From: Eledone cirrhosa
Lineage: Eukaryota
Assembly (NCBI GenBank): GCA_964016885.1
Contig: OZ024742.1
Coordinates: 86,676,001 to 86,740,000 of the forward strand
Reading direction: 5' to 3'
DNA: 64,000 nucleotides
Under the pieces are notes generated by a model that searched no databases, was not told the DNA's origin, and worked only from the letters and a program-made list of their open reading frames with translations. Position numbers and translations under genes: made by a program. Position 1 is the first letter of the stretch; every line of letters begins with the position of its first letter. This document shows, in pieces, positions 12,895 to 26,579 of the stretch.

Positions 12895-15800
12895 CTACAG
12901 CGTGATAGTGCCACGCAAAAATCATCGGGAGTGATGAAATCACCGGTGGTTATGTAACCATACATTCACCAATCCTCGATAAGAGTGTTTAAATGTTTTA
13001 CCTAAACAGTTCAAATAACGGTGAAGTTGAGACTAGAATGTCATGTGACAGACTCTCACCCAACAGGTGCTCCCTGGCTCAGCAGCAGGGACCTGGCTGT
13101 CAACCAAATACTGCTGGTGCCGGAGGAAGAAGAAGAAGGAAAGGAACCAGAACCAACTGGACGAAAGAATTGAATAGAACTGTTATGCAATGTTACCTGA
13201 AGAGTAACCCCAAGGAGAAAGGCTATAGGAAACGGATGCATAACATCTGAAACGAGATTGGTCTATTTAAATTAGATGACCAAAAATTGGCCGGGCAGGC
13301 TCGGGTAATAAGAACTAATGGGTGGATAAGCGAGCTGGAACTGGAGGAACTGAGCAGAGAGATTAGGTTGGAAAAGGAGAGTGGAGTATGCCAGGCAAAC
13401 GAACCAGTGGCAAATGAAGGTGAAGAGGGTGAGAGAACGGAGGAACCATCCGAAGCAAACAATGATATGTATGGTGAAATAAATAATACCTGGAACAAAG
13501 ATACGGCCATTGAGGAGATGAATGCTGATGAGCTAGGACGAGATGTGTTTGATATCCTAAACTTATTGGTAGATGATTTGAACAATGATAGTGGGAAACC
13601 TATGAACCTAAGATTTGTAGAGAGGAAAAAGTTAAAAGAAACGACAGCTAAGGTAAACAAAGTCATCCCATACCTTGAGGCTAGTAGCCTACACCAGTGC
13701 AACAATATCCTCAAAGCAACAGCAAATGCGGTGAGGAAATTACTTGGTATAAAAGCGAGAGGAAACAGTAAACAAGTAAGATCAGAGCCCTGGTGGAAGA
13801 AACGACTGAGTGGTCAAATCAGGGAAATGAGAACTGACATTGGAAAGCTTGAATCCCTACTGAATGGGACACTAAAAAACATAGACATTAAAAATAGACT
13901 GGAAATAAAGTACAAAACTAGGAGGAAAAAGCTAAATATTATCATAGAGGAACTGAAGCAACGCATTGTAGCAAAGAGTGCAAAAATTAGGCGATACGAG
14001 AGCAGAGTAAGTCAGTATAGACAGAACCGCATGTTTGACAACAACCAGAAGATGCTGTTTTGATAGCTTGATGGGAACGAAAGAGACAACGACTTGATCC
14101 CTGAGGCGGAACAAACTAAAACATTCTGGAGAGTAATATGGGAGCAGGATGTTAAACATAATAACCAGGCAGTGTGGATTGAGACAGTACAGAAGGAGAT
14201 AGTGAACAGGCACACCAACAAACTGACTTGAGTATCACAGTTGAAACTCCTAAGGGGCAGGCCAAAAAACTAACCAACTGGAAATCACCAGGCCCAGATG
14301 GGGTGCAGGGATATTGGATTAAAAATATAACATCCCTCCACCCGAAACTGACAACCATTTTCAATGACTGCTTGATGTCAGTTGAGGTACCAGAGTGGTT
14401 GACAAAAGGTACCACAGTTATGGTAATGAAATACCGAATCAAGGGTAATTATGTTACCAACTATAGACCTATCACATGTCTGTCCGTAATGTGGAAACTT
14501 TTGACAAGCATTATGTCTGAGGAAATCTACCATCACCTCCACACAAACAACTTGTTACCGGACGAACAGAAAGGATGCCGAAAGAAGTCCCGTGGTACAA
14601 AGGACCAGTTACTTATTGATAAGATGGTAATGAGGAATTGCAAGCGGAGACACACTGCTCTTGACATGGGATGGATAGACTACAAAAAGGCATTTGATAT
14701 GGTGCCTCATTCTTGGATCACCAAAAGCCTAGAGATCTTCAAGGTGGCAGATAACATCAGACAGTTGTTGGGCAAGTATGAAGTCCTGGGAAACAGAGTT
14801 AACATCAGCTGGAGAATCCTTGGGAGGCGTGAAGATCAAGAGAGGTATCTTCCAGAGAGATAGTCTGTCCCCTCTGTTGTTTGTCTTTGCCCTAATGCCC
14901 CTGACCATTATACTGCGAAAATTGAGAGCAGGATACAAGTTGGGAAAGGGAGAGCTTACCACCAATCACCTCCTCTTCATGGACGATCTTAAGCTCTTCG
15001 GGAAGAGTAAGAAGGAGTTGGATGTGCTTGTTGACACTGTCCGTATTTTCAGCAATGATATATGTATGCAATTTGGTATTAGTAAGTGTGGAGTCATTGT
15101 GATGAAGAGGGGTAAGTTGAGCAGAAGTAACGGAATCCAGGTACCAACAGGTGGGATGATAAAGGAATTTGACTCTGAAGAAGGATACAAGTATTTGGGC
15201 GTTCTGGAGGCTGATGACATCAAGAACAAAAAATGAAGGAATTGATAAGAACTGAATACATTCGGAGAGTAAGGAGCGTATTAAAGTCACATCTGAACAG
15301 TAGGAATGCCATAAGTGCAGTAAATTCCCGAGCTGTGTCTATTATTAGGTACAGTGCAGGAATTCTGAGATGGAATGTTGCTGAACAAAAAGAAATGGAT
15401 AGGAAGACTAGGAAGCTATTGACTATCTACAACATGTTCCACAAGAGGAGTGATGTTGATAAACTCTACTTAAGGAGATCTGAAGGTGGAAGAGGTCTTA
15501 TCAGCATAGAGGACTGTGTTCAGATGGAGAAAAACAACCTACACAAATACGTGACTGATAGTAAGGAGCCAATGCTCAGCACTGTACTGAAGGAGGGGAC
15601 AATAGGCCAGGGGATGTCCAAGGAGGAAATAACATCAAGGAGAAAGAGCAGCCTTTAGGAAACATCCCTTCATAGTACCTTCTTTGAGAAAACTGAATTT
15701 AGAGATCCACAGACATGGAACTGGTTGAAAAGAGGAGACCTCAAAAAGGCTACAGAAGGAATGTTAATGGCTGCGCAGGAGCAGGCCCTCAAAACGAAGT

Positions 15801-16490
15801 GGTTGAAATACCATATTTACAAGGAGGAGGCTAGCCCACTGTGCAGGATCTGTGGAGAAAGAGAGGAGACTGTGGCTCACATTGTATCCGAGTGTAAACA
15901 CCTAGCCCAGACTCACTATAAGGGCTGGAGACATGGTGTGATGGGCAGGGTGATCCACTGGCACCTATGCAAAGTAAACAATTTACCACATTCTGAGAAG
16001 TGGTATGAGCATAAGCCAGAGGCGGTGATAGAAAACGATCAGGTGAAGGTGCCGTGGGATTTTAGTATACAGACGGACAAGAAACGTGAACACAATAGAC
16101 CTGACCTGGTGGTTGTGGACAAAGAAAAACGATCGTTCCTGATTGTGGATGTGGCCTGCCCATTCGACACGAGAGTGCAAGAGAAGGAGAGGGAGAAAAT
16201 TAACCGATACCAGGACTTAACATGGGAGGTAAAAAGGATTTGGAACTGCATGAAGGCAAAGTGATCCCGATTGTCATAGGCCCACTAGGGACTATCTCAA
16301 AACGTTTCCACGGATGCTTAAAGAAAATTGGCCCCTTCACGCTTTTTGGAACGCTTCAAAAGGCATGCTAGCTGGGAACAGCAAGAACCCTCCGATACGT
16401 CCTGAATATCTGAGGCTGCTGGTAGTGGCTTGATATTCATTTCAAAAAACTTTCCAGTTAACTAACATCAATGACTGAGACTCAAAGAGT
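12895..16490 (+). mobile_element. Dong/R4 family B, near full length, frameshifted and with stops
   Basis: ORF pieces 12993-16264 with WKSPGPDG, YRPITCL, WIDYKKAFD, FMDDLKL, GGRGL, CRIC..ETVAHIVSEC, RPDLVVVDK..DVACP; ends in (TAA)n. Confidence 0.92.
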
Positions 16491-16539
16491 AATAACAATA
16501 ATAATAATAATAATAATAATAAAAATAATAATAAAGGAT

Positions 16540-16935
16540 AATATGAAAAAAAGAAATATAAAGATTTGCTTATTGAAATTAAGAAAATGTGGCACCTGCA
16601 GGCCGTTACAATACCAGTGATTGTGGGAGGACTGGGCATGATCAAGAAAGAAAGTGAACAATATTTGCGAATGATTCCTGGTTTACCCTCTCTGCACGAG
16701 GTGCACGAAATTGTTATGGCTGGTACTGCACACATATTGAGAAGAGCACTATCTCTGTAAGATTTATATCCCTCTCCGTATTTACATATGCATATGCACA
16801 TGTGCATATGTATAATGTTTTTTTTTTATTTTATTATAATCAATGTGCTGTATTAACTGGCTTGCCAATGCACACTGTCAATTTATTTGCCCTAGGTGTC
16901 AGGAAGACACTCGGCATATATGTCAGCAACAATAA
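16540..16935 (+). mobile_element. Dong/R4 family C, 3' fragment
   Basis: KYKDLLIEIKKMW..IPVIVGGLG..GTAHILRRAL followed by a 3' UTR distinct from families A and B. Confidence 0.8.
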
Positions 16936-16957
16936 TGAAAGAAAAAAAAATAATAAT

Positions 16958-17066
16958 GGTTACATTATTGACCACAAGGGCTTACATGAAGAAAAACATT
17001 ACAGACGGCACAGAACGGTACAGGGTTTTCTCCGTGTAAAAAGGTTATAACAAGATTAACATATAA
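16958..17066 (-). mobile_element. ~110-bp Tx1 3' tip in (TAA)n
   Basis: ttattgaccacaagggcttacat..acggtaca..cgtgtaaa resembles 5804-5890. Confidence 0.65.
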
Positions 17067-17149
<83 letters not shown>

Positions 17150-17157
17150 CAATAACA
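17067..17157. repeat. (TAA)n microsatellite, right edge of the retrotransposon nest
   Basis: Read directly. Confidence 0.95.
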
Positions 17158-17599
17158 TATCACTAGGATATCGGTCAATAACCTCCTAGAATATTCAGTT
17201 GTTTTTGAAAATATGTTTAAACATACATTCGTGTTCATATTATTCATATCATTGTAACTATTGTAGCTGCTGAATGCCAACTCATTTGTCCCAATCTTTG
17301 CGTCACTGAGACAGAAATTAAAACAGTCATAGCTATCTGAAATGTTTATTAATGTATTTTTAATGGGTTTATCTGAATGTCTTCTTACTTTATCTGTTTT
17401 ACATTCTATTCCTAATACGCTACGCAATTTTGCCGTTAAAATATGAAAGTAGAACAGAAGATACATGGAAGGTCTTTTTATTCATGTAGAGTCTAGAGAT
17501 TGCTGAAAATAGAGTGACGCAAAAATTAAGGTTAGGAATAATGATCTGAATAACGAATCGATTGATATACACAAAATTCAACATATTTTCTTCTTGAGA

Positions 17600-17925
17600 T
17601 TTACAACAATACTGCGACTAACCCAGGTTCTGCTGCAGGTCGGGCTGAGGAGGCCAAACCCTTCAAATACCGGTCGGTCTCCGACAAGTTCGCGGTTGTA
17701 CCATTGGCATTGGAAACTTCTGTCTTCGGCCCTAGGGCTACATTCGCTGAGCTGGCCAGCCGCGTGCGTGAGCCTCGCGAGCTGGAGTGGCTTTTCCGGC
17801 GCGTCTCTCTTGCCGTCCTCTGGGGAGGCACCTTATCAGTTCTGTCTACCGGGGCTGTGGGTGCGTGTTTTTTTTGTGCACAACAATATGATTGACTTAC
17901 TTGTCATTTTATCAGTAAATATACT
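17600..17925 (+). mobile_element. CRE-clade-like non-LTR element, 3' fragment (REL C-terminus)
   Basis: Translates PGSAAGRAEEAKPFKY..FAVVPLALETSVFGP..REPRELEWLFRRVSLAVLWGG, resembling the AE..K..KY / P.A.ET.G / QR.S.A..RGN pattern. Confidence 0.65.
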
Positions 17926-18650
17926 GTGATATACGGTTAACCGTGGGAATGTAAACTTAACAGAGCCCATACCTTCCCAGGTCTAAATACAACGGATTTC
18001 TACATTACATGAAAATTATATGTTACGTTGGTATATTAGTCTTACACTACAATCAATTAGATTACTCTCTATGAGGCATTGAGTGATAGATGGATGGCTC
18101 TATTCTTGTTATATGTATAATTCTTTTTTAGCTGAATATTAATCTCATGGTGTTACTTTCCATCAACCTATATCTTTGGTCATATTATCTTGTGAAGCAA
18201 TACTTACTGTTTATTTTAAGTTTCGGCATTGATAACATGTATCACATATACTTGTCACAGCGAACATTATTTTTCGATCGATACGCAGTGGGATGTCCGT
18301 TTAACACTGAATGCTCACACACCATGTGGAACGATATATATTTTTAAATGCATGCGGTTTGTTGCCGTTATGCCAGTTAAACTGATTGCGGTTGTACATG
18401 ATACGTTCATAAACAACATGGCTTCATTACTGCATTCTTACAAATTAAAATAAGATATTTATAATAATTATTAATGTCCCCATGTGACAGTCAAAATGAT
18501 GTTTACTTACGCTTTGATGCACTGGTTAATGAAGAGTAAATATATAAATATTTTAGAAAATGTATCATACACACAAACACACACACACCCATATATATAT
18601 ATATTTATATATACGTGTGTGTGTGTGTAGTGTGTGTGAGTGTGTATACA

Positions 18651-18740
<90 letters not shown>

Positions 18741-18746
<6 letters not shown>

Positions 18747-18985
18747 AGACGTAAGATAAGAAAATTATAAAATTAACTTACTTACTAAAATATCACTTCC
18801 AACTAAGACGGGATGTTTCTCTACACCTTCTTCGGAAGATGTATCTACTCCATTCCAGAAACTAATTAGTTGGAAGTGATATTTTAGTAAGTAAGTTAAT
18901 TTTATAATTTTCTTATCTTACGTCTCTTATATCATTGTTCTGCAACCCCATGCATTGAACCACAATGTTCATTAAGACAAAACCT
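18741..18985. mobile_element. Miniature PLE pseudo-LTR fold-back (66-bp perfect inverted arms plus tail)
   Basis: 18741-18806 is the reverse complement of 18866-18931; hammerhead-like cggaaga..gaaactaattagtt on +; TA-rich flanks. Confidence 0.65.
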
Positions 18986-20816
18986 ATATATTTGCTAGCA
19001 TCGATATGCATTTGTATGTATATATATGTTACTAGATATAAATTCTTTATTATATATATATATATATATATATATATCAAGGCATTTAAAAAATTGCTTA
19101 TAACGGCATTCCCCTCAGCTTATCATCATTGTAAACTGTGGCACTCAAAAAAAGTTGGCTGTCGAAATATGCGTAAAAATGTAATGCATTTGTATCATAT
19201 AAACGTTTACCGCTTGCTAAGTGAGGTAGAGATATTCGTTCTCTCAGCTCAGGAATCAATACACTCAGAATACACTTCAGTACTTAAAATATCTTACAGA
19301 CATTTATTTTTCTTTACTTCACATATTTTTTATTTTTTTATTACACCCTCAATAATTATGTTGCGATATAAAATTCATACTTGCAATAAGATGTTATGAG
19401 GCTGTTTATTGGAAATTCATCAGACACACTGCCGTGCTGTATTTGTTCCGACTTTTTTCGCTATTAGTTCAATCTTCGCCAATATTTAGATTTCCATTAC
19501 TTCAAGTTCAATGAATAAATTGTCAGTCGAGATCTCTGTTCGGTCCTTCTGCTTCTCTTTGATTGATAATGGAGGTTCAGAGCGATATAGCATATTTCAC
19601 TCAGTGTATTTTATTTAGTTACTCTGGCCTGTAATAACATTCAATTGTCCAAAAGAATAAAGAATATGGCATACATAGATAACCAAAACAAGTAGTTAAT
19701 ATATTTTAATTATAAGTTGGTACACAAGAAACTGTACAAGTACGCACATGTAATATATAAATCATGAAAATGCATATAGAAAATTCATGGTTTTAAAATA
19801 TTTAAGAGAATACTCAAAACTTGATTATTACTTAACATACATAGAAACAACCCTAAATTCACTAAAACTTCGCGGAATATATTGAGAAATGGAAAAGAAT
19901 GTTATTACAATTAGCAGAAAATATATATAATTCGTGTAATGAATATAAAGAGAAATGGTTTTTAAATCTAATTTAAAAATGAAAGAACTGATGTATTGTT
20001 GCTAACATTGTCTTCAAGCTTCCAGTTACAATGCAGCCGAATCAGCTGAGTTATAATTATAGATCTTGTAATTTAATTTGTTTTTAAAGAAAAATGTTTT
20101 TATATTATATTTTCCTCAACATCTACTACAATGAAAAATAACATAGCACGTATATTTCTATAGTTCTATAGGATATTATATTTTAACGTATTCATTATAA
20201 TTAATTTATTGGTCTTAATGAAATATCTGAAGCGCTCATTTTATAGTGAGAGTAAATTGTTTCGGAAGCTTATTTGGAAAATTGATACGCGGATACTTTG
20301 AAATAATTATGACGGCTTATTGCACGCTGTTGTGGACCTGAGCTCAACGTTAATTCAGTGTAATTAGAACATAATATCAAATAGTTTTTTGTGACTCAAT
20401 AAATCTAAAGTCATACACGGTAAATAGTAACGACATGAAACACATAATTTAGTATCATAATGTAAGATATTGTCGCCATTTGTTTGTCCATCATCATTGT
20501 GTTAATTAGGTGATATTGTCAACACACATAAGGAGTGATTGATTTAGTTGCCTTGCATATATAAGAACTCGATACAATGTATGGGGTCAATTTAATCAAC
20601 TTTCATATCCCTTAAAATAAATTGTACCTGAATTAAAAGCCTTATTAAACAAAAAATATTCTATTATTGCCTCCTCTCTCTCTGTATATATATATACATA
20701 TATATATATATAGGGAGAGCGAGATAGATAGAGAGTGTGTGTGTGTGGGGGGGGGGGGCATATTATATGTGTATATGTATGTGAATGTATATATATATAT
20801 ATATATATATATATGT

Positions 20817-21421
20817 CAGGTCACTAGTTGGTGCTACTGGTAACACGTATCCCAGTACAACCTGTGTCATGGTCGGGTCGTTGGCGACTAAACTGGCAAC
20901 CCCACCAAGGTTTCTTGGTGAGGAGGGTAACTTTGGACATCCTGCAGGACTAAAAACAAAACCTGTCAAAAGGCAAAGGAGCTCTTGAGAGTCAATGGCC
21001 ATCCAAAATCACCGGGAGAGATCACCCCTTAGCCTTTGTCAAGGCAGAATTCTAGGAGAAGGAAACCTCTGATATAACAACTGCAACCCTGATGGTATCC
21101 AATGATGTTGACTTGTTCTTCTTTTTGGTAAATATCATCTTGTTAAGAGAGTGGGACTGGCTTTGTGCAGTGCCTTTGCTCACTATAAAAGCTTCATGGC
21201 ACGGGCATTGCTTTATATCTGGAGATCTCTCTGCACTTGTAGTCACATGGTACCATGGGACCAGCACTGTGTGTCAATCATTGTCACAAGTGTAGTGTTT
21301 GTACCAGAGTTTTCAAGTCGCTGGCTGGACTAAAGAGACACACTCGTTCAGCGCATCGGTAGGGGTTCTCCTACATGGATATAAAGTAGTGGCCGTACTC
21401 GAGAACGAGTTGGCAGCCACC
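20817..21421 (+). mobile_element. ~600-bp non-coding, RTE-5'UTR-like element inserted in (TA)n
   Basis: GC-richer block with (TA)n on both sides, no long ORF, ctaggagaaggaaacctctga motif typical of RTE-type leaders. Confidence 0.6.
20819..20896 (+). ncRNA. Candidate HDV-like ribozyme (slightly degenerate)
   Basis: P1 ggtca/tggtc, P2 ccagt/actgg, P3 aca/tgt, P1.1 cc/gg, P4 tcg/cga, J4/2 ctaa; begins at the element 5' junction. Confidence 0.5.
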
Positions 21422-21454
21422 ATATATATACATATATATATATATATACATAAA

Positions 21455-21489
<35 letters not shown>

Positions 21490-21496
<7 letters not shown>

Positions 21497-21779
21497 ATAC
21501 TTTGGGAGGGTCATGTTGCCAATAAGAAACACACGCACCAGTTGCTTTCACTTCAATTTATTATATATTTATAAATTTATAAATTTACAAATTTACAAAC
21601 TTATAAATTTCTGGTTGGTTGGTTGGTTCCACAACCAGATAGTTGTTTATATATAGTCATAGTCCTTTCGTCACACACTCTGTGACCTCTTCATTGGCAA
21701 CATGACCCTCCCAAAGTATAACAATATCGGTTTCAACACACGATTTGAGATAAAGAATCTTGCTAAACAAATTCAGAAA

Positions 21780-21782
<3 letters not shown>
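21490..21782. mobile_element. Short PLE pseudo-LTR fold-back, same family as 51190-53223
   Basis: 21490-21693 matches 51246-51443; 21694-21782 is the opposite-strand terminus plus tail; (TA)n on both sides. Confidence 0.85.
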
Positions 21783-21846
<64 letters not shown>

Positions 21847-22124
21847 TATTTATATATATGTTAAGAGAGACGGAGAGGGTGTAAGGTACAACCATAGTCC
21901 GAAATAACTTCTACAGGACTAGACCTGTTCCGTTCAAAGAAATCATCACGTAAGCCGGATGTTCTTGTAAAACTGTTGTATTTATGTTTACAGTTGGTCG
22001 GGGAAGGTGGTGATTTTAATGATGGGTGTAATTCATGTGTCAAGAGCCTTTAAAGTATTGGGTTCTTGAAAAAAAAAATTATATATATATATATTTATAT
22101 ATATATGTGTATATATATATATAT

Positions 22125-24884
22125 AGGGAAAATGATGAAATTGAAAATGCAGCTGGACTCTTTATTAAAAATATATTTATTTGCTTCTTTTACTGGTTTC
22201 GCGGTTATTTTGCTTTCCAAAAGTTCAATTGAGATGGAGGATTTGTGGTTTTTCTCGCATCTGGTTGGTGTTCGAATGTTACTTCTGTTTTATATGGAAA
22301 AAAGTGGCTCGAAATGCTGTCATGTGAATAAGTATAATAAACTTCGCGCAAGTTCGCGTTACAAAGTTCTAATTATAGTTGGCTTTAAAAAAGGGGGAAA
22401 GGGGGCTCAGATTGTTTTTTCATATATGAGTGAAATTTGGTTGGTTGATGCAGTCACGGGAATAAGCACATCAACTTTCGCGCCAGTCTGTGTTTGAATT
22501 TCTTTTTACTTAAGAAGCTTTTTATAATAAATATAATTTGACTGGTTATAAATGAAACAATTACATTAAATTTCGCGCCCGTATTTGGGAATTTTTTTTG
22601 TAGCCATTTAGAGAATGCTGTGCCAAACGAAAGATAATGGTCAAGAAAGAAGGGGTGGCGAGAATTGTTCTGGTTCAGTGAGTATGGCTGATGTGCTGAA
22701 ATGTAATTTGATTGGTTATAAATGAAATTATGACTGTCATGGGAACAAGTACAATAAATTTCGCACCCGTATTTGGGAATTTTTTTTTTGTAGCCATTTA
22801 GAGAATTTTGTGCCAAACAAAATGGTCAAGAAAAAAGGGGATGGGAAGATAGTTCTGAATCACTGAGTATTGCTGATATGCTGGGGTGTCAAAATTCAGA
22901 ATTTCTATTGAAATAAAGAAAGTAGAGATATGTATTTTATATTTGTGTGCTGGTGTGTGTGTTTATAGGAAGATGATTATATTAGTAGAAATGGGGGAGA
23001 GAGTTAAGACGAACATCCCTTTTCACCTAGCCAGAAGAATTAGCACAATTGTCTCCAATTATGAAATGCGAAATAAGAGATTTCAAGAATTAAAGGATAT
23101 TCTGCTCGAAAGACAGTACCCCCATTACTATTAAATAATGGAATAGAAAGGGCTAAAGCAATATGAAATGATGAATTACGAAAACAGAAACAAATTCAAG
23201 ATATGTATCTCAACTCTCAACCGAAAAAATGCGGAAGCTTACAACATTATTCACAAGAACATCCCACTATTGAAACAAGACACATGAATGAAAAAAGCCC
23301 TTGAAACACGCAAATTAATAAAAAAGCAAAAGACAACCGAAATCACTAAAAACATTACTCATCAATGCCAAATTACCTACCACAAACCCACAACCAAATG
23401 TCAAAAAATGTGGTCGCTCTCATTGTGGAACCTACACTCACCTCATTGAAGGCAACATGTATACATTGTAATCAGGACAAAATGTTGTTGTAACAAATCA
23501 TTTCACTTGCTCATCACACATTTAATTCGTGCCATTATATGTAAAGGATGCAATGAAGATTATATAGGACAAACTAAACTCACATTCAGAAACAGAATGA
23601 CAGTTCCTCGCCAACAATTACGAGACCCTACCACAAGACAGATACCACTCAGTGCATATCTAGACATATGCGCAAGTGATAAGACACCCAAATTCCAAGT
23701 CTTCCCATTTTATATTTGCGTTGACAACAGAACAAATACGAATAAATAAGGAAAATATGTTTATTCCAAAATATAGACCATTAAATATTGTTTAATATAC
23801 ATTATGTTAACACCAAACCATGCTAACCATCCAAACAGACACATACATACACACATACACACACATAACACCTATATTCGAAAATAAAAACCAAAGCTAA
23901 ATAAACATTAACATTCGTTAATACTCTAACACCTTAACATGCTAAACGCCCCACCCCCTACACACATAACTCCCTCCCCCATTACTACTAACGGAATCAT
24001 TTTCCTACACACAGACACAAACACACACACACAAATATATATATTCTCCATCTTACCATGCTAACCATATTCCCACACGCACATACACACACACATTTAA
24101 CATACACTCACACACAAAATACCTCCCCCATTTCTACTAATAGAATCATTTTCCAACACACACACACCAGCACACAAATAAAAATACATATCTCTACTTC
24201 CTTTATTTTAATTGAAAGTCTGAATTTTGACACCCCAGCACATCAGCCATACTCAGTGAACAAGAACAATTATCCCCATCCCCTTTTTCTTGACCATTAT
24301 TTTTGTTTGGCACAAAATTCTCTAAATGGCTACAACAAAATGTACTTCTTCACGTTACAGTCATAATTTCATTTATAACAAATCAAAACCTTCTTGAGCC
24401 TCTTTTTTAAAGTAAAAAGAAATTAAAACACAAACTGGCGCGACATTTGATGTGCTTATTCACGTGACTGCGTCAACCAACTAAATTTAGCTCATATATG
24501 AAGACACATTCTGAGCCATCACCCCTTTTTTAAGACAAATATATTAAGAACTTTGTAACGCAAACTTGCGCGACATTTATATTTATTCACATGACAGTCA
24601 TCAAACAACCAAATTACTCTTCTAAAAACCTATCATTTCGAGCCACTTTTTTCCATATAAAACAGAAGTAACATTCGAACACCAACCAGATGCGAGAAAA
24701 AACACAAACCCTCCATCCCAATTCTACTTTGGAAAAGCACAAGAACCGCGAAACAGGTAAAGGAAACAAATAAATATTTTTTTAAAGACTCCAGTTGCAT
24801 TTTCGATTTCATCTTTTTTCCTTATACTTTCACTCGTGTAGGATATCTCGTTTTTTTTAATTTTGTAAAAAAACCTCATTTTCT

Positions 24885-24885
<1 letters not shown>
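22125..24885 (+). mobile_element. Decayed PLE (Neptune-like Cys linker, GIY-YIG) with ~870-bp inverted pseudo-LTRs
   Basis: NIPFHLARRI, KCGRSHCG, ICKGCNEDYIGQT; 22125-23000 inverted relative to 24120-24826; (TA)n flanks. Confidence 0.85.
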
Positions 24886-24982
<97 letters not shown>

Positions 24983-25227
24983 ATATTGATGAAATTCAAT
25001 TCAACCACTCAACGCACTTTTTCCACAAAGTGACGGAGTATATTTAGAATAAGAAAATGGGAACTGGTGTTAAAGGACTTTAACATCTGAAACTACTTCG
25101 CATTTTCTTATTCTTCCACTCTCTCTCTCTCACTATCTCTCTCTCTCTCTATCTCCCTCTGTCTCTCCCTCCTTCTCTCTCTTTCTCTCTCTCTATATAT
25201 ACATATATATATATATTTATGCATATA

Positions 25228-25261
<34 letters not shown>

Positions 25262-25269
25262 CATACATG

Positions 25270-25358
<89 letters not shown>

Positions 25359-25397
25359 TTATATATACATATACATATATATGTGTATATATATATA

Positions 25398-25432
<35 letters not shown>

Positions 25433-25648
25433 ATATATATGTATATGTACAACCTATATGCCTAAGTACCACTAATGTCTTTATTTGCGAGTAACCTTCT
25501 TTTAAACACTTTATAATACCAATTGCTTCAGACCACCACATCTTCACTCTTTTTGAATATGACACTATTGATAGCAACATTAATATCAATGTATCTTTAT
25601 GATTGTTCTGTTGAATAGGAATTTAGTTATGTTTTTAAACTTTGCAAA

Positions 25649-25695
25649 TGCTCCGATGAATCCAAACGGCTATTTGGCACAAACGATTGTCAGCA
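25649..25695 (+). ncRNA. Degenerate minimal hammerhead motif in a solitary PLE-like terminus
   Basis: tgct-ccgatga-stem II ccaaa/tttgg-caaac-gatt-gtc-agca (G of GAAA lost). Confidence 0.45.
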
Positions 25696-26332
25696 ATAAC
25701 ATGTATTAAACATAGATTCGATTGTTCTATACTGTATATTCCTGCTCTGTAATACAACTAATGTATTTATATTGAGCTATTTTTCATACTGGTAATCAGC
25801 TGTTAAGAAATATACAATACTGACCTTTCCTATTTATAATTATATATAGTTTATATATAAGTATAAATATTAATATTATTATATATATAGGAAAAGAGTC
25901 AGGGCACAGAAGACTGAGCTCCGGCCGTTTCGAAGGATAGGTAAAGTCTAACAATGGTTGTTAATAATAAAAAGAAATAGTGGTAACAAGGACAACTTAA
26001 ATAATAATAATTCTTATTTCTAAATTATGCACAGGACCACCAATTTGAAGAGAAGGGGAAAGTCGATTATATCCACCCCGTAAGGATGAGTGAGAGATAG
26101 AGTACGCTATATGAATAGCTTTATTTCCTTAGTACAGAGGAAATGAACGTGACTGATAAATGACTTTGAATAATGAAATAATAATATTTAGTAACCTCAT
26201 AATTTTTCTGTAGACCGTATACCCGTTCACAGCTTCAATACTCACAATGAGATTTACATAAGTTTAGTATACTTTTCATTTTCTATGTGTTTCCATATAC
26301 ATTTCAGTTAGTGCTAAAGGTAAATACTGAGA

Positions 26333-26579
26333 CTATTCTCTTATTAAGAATACGTAAATAACATACAGGACGGCACAAAACATTATGAAACTGTGATTAA
26401 TGTACACAATTTTCTGACAGCGTATATTGTCAACAGCTGTTACACTTTGACTTGCTTTGAAAGGATTTGCTTCTCCGGCCCATTTTGAAATGACAGCCGA
26501 TTCCTCGTTATTCTTGCGGTTAATGTAACACGCATTTCCATTCAGAACACTCGAAGTCAAAGCCAGAGTATAAAGTATC
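26333..26579 (-). other. Candidate terminal coding exon of a host gene (hydrophobic C-terminus)
   Basis: ttag acceptor, open frame ILYTLALTSS...FIMFCAVLYVIYVFLIRE-stop, AATAAA at 26120-26125 on minus; phase matches exon 27219-27355. Confidence 0.35.

Noticed and set aside
12993-16264. Programmed read-through or selenocysteine at TGA stops in Dong B
   Set aside because: A TAG stop and frameshifts are also present, consistent with ordinary decay
17056-17466. 136-aa minus ORF with a signal-peptide-like start and several Cys
   Set aside because: Runs into (TAA)n, no recognisable domain and no convincing splice donor; cannot be supported without RNA data
22125-24885. DNA transposon or MITE interpretation of the long inverted repeats
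   Set aside because: The interior is PLE RT/GIY-YIG, the arms are element 3' ends with hammerhead motifs, and no transposase is present
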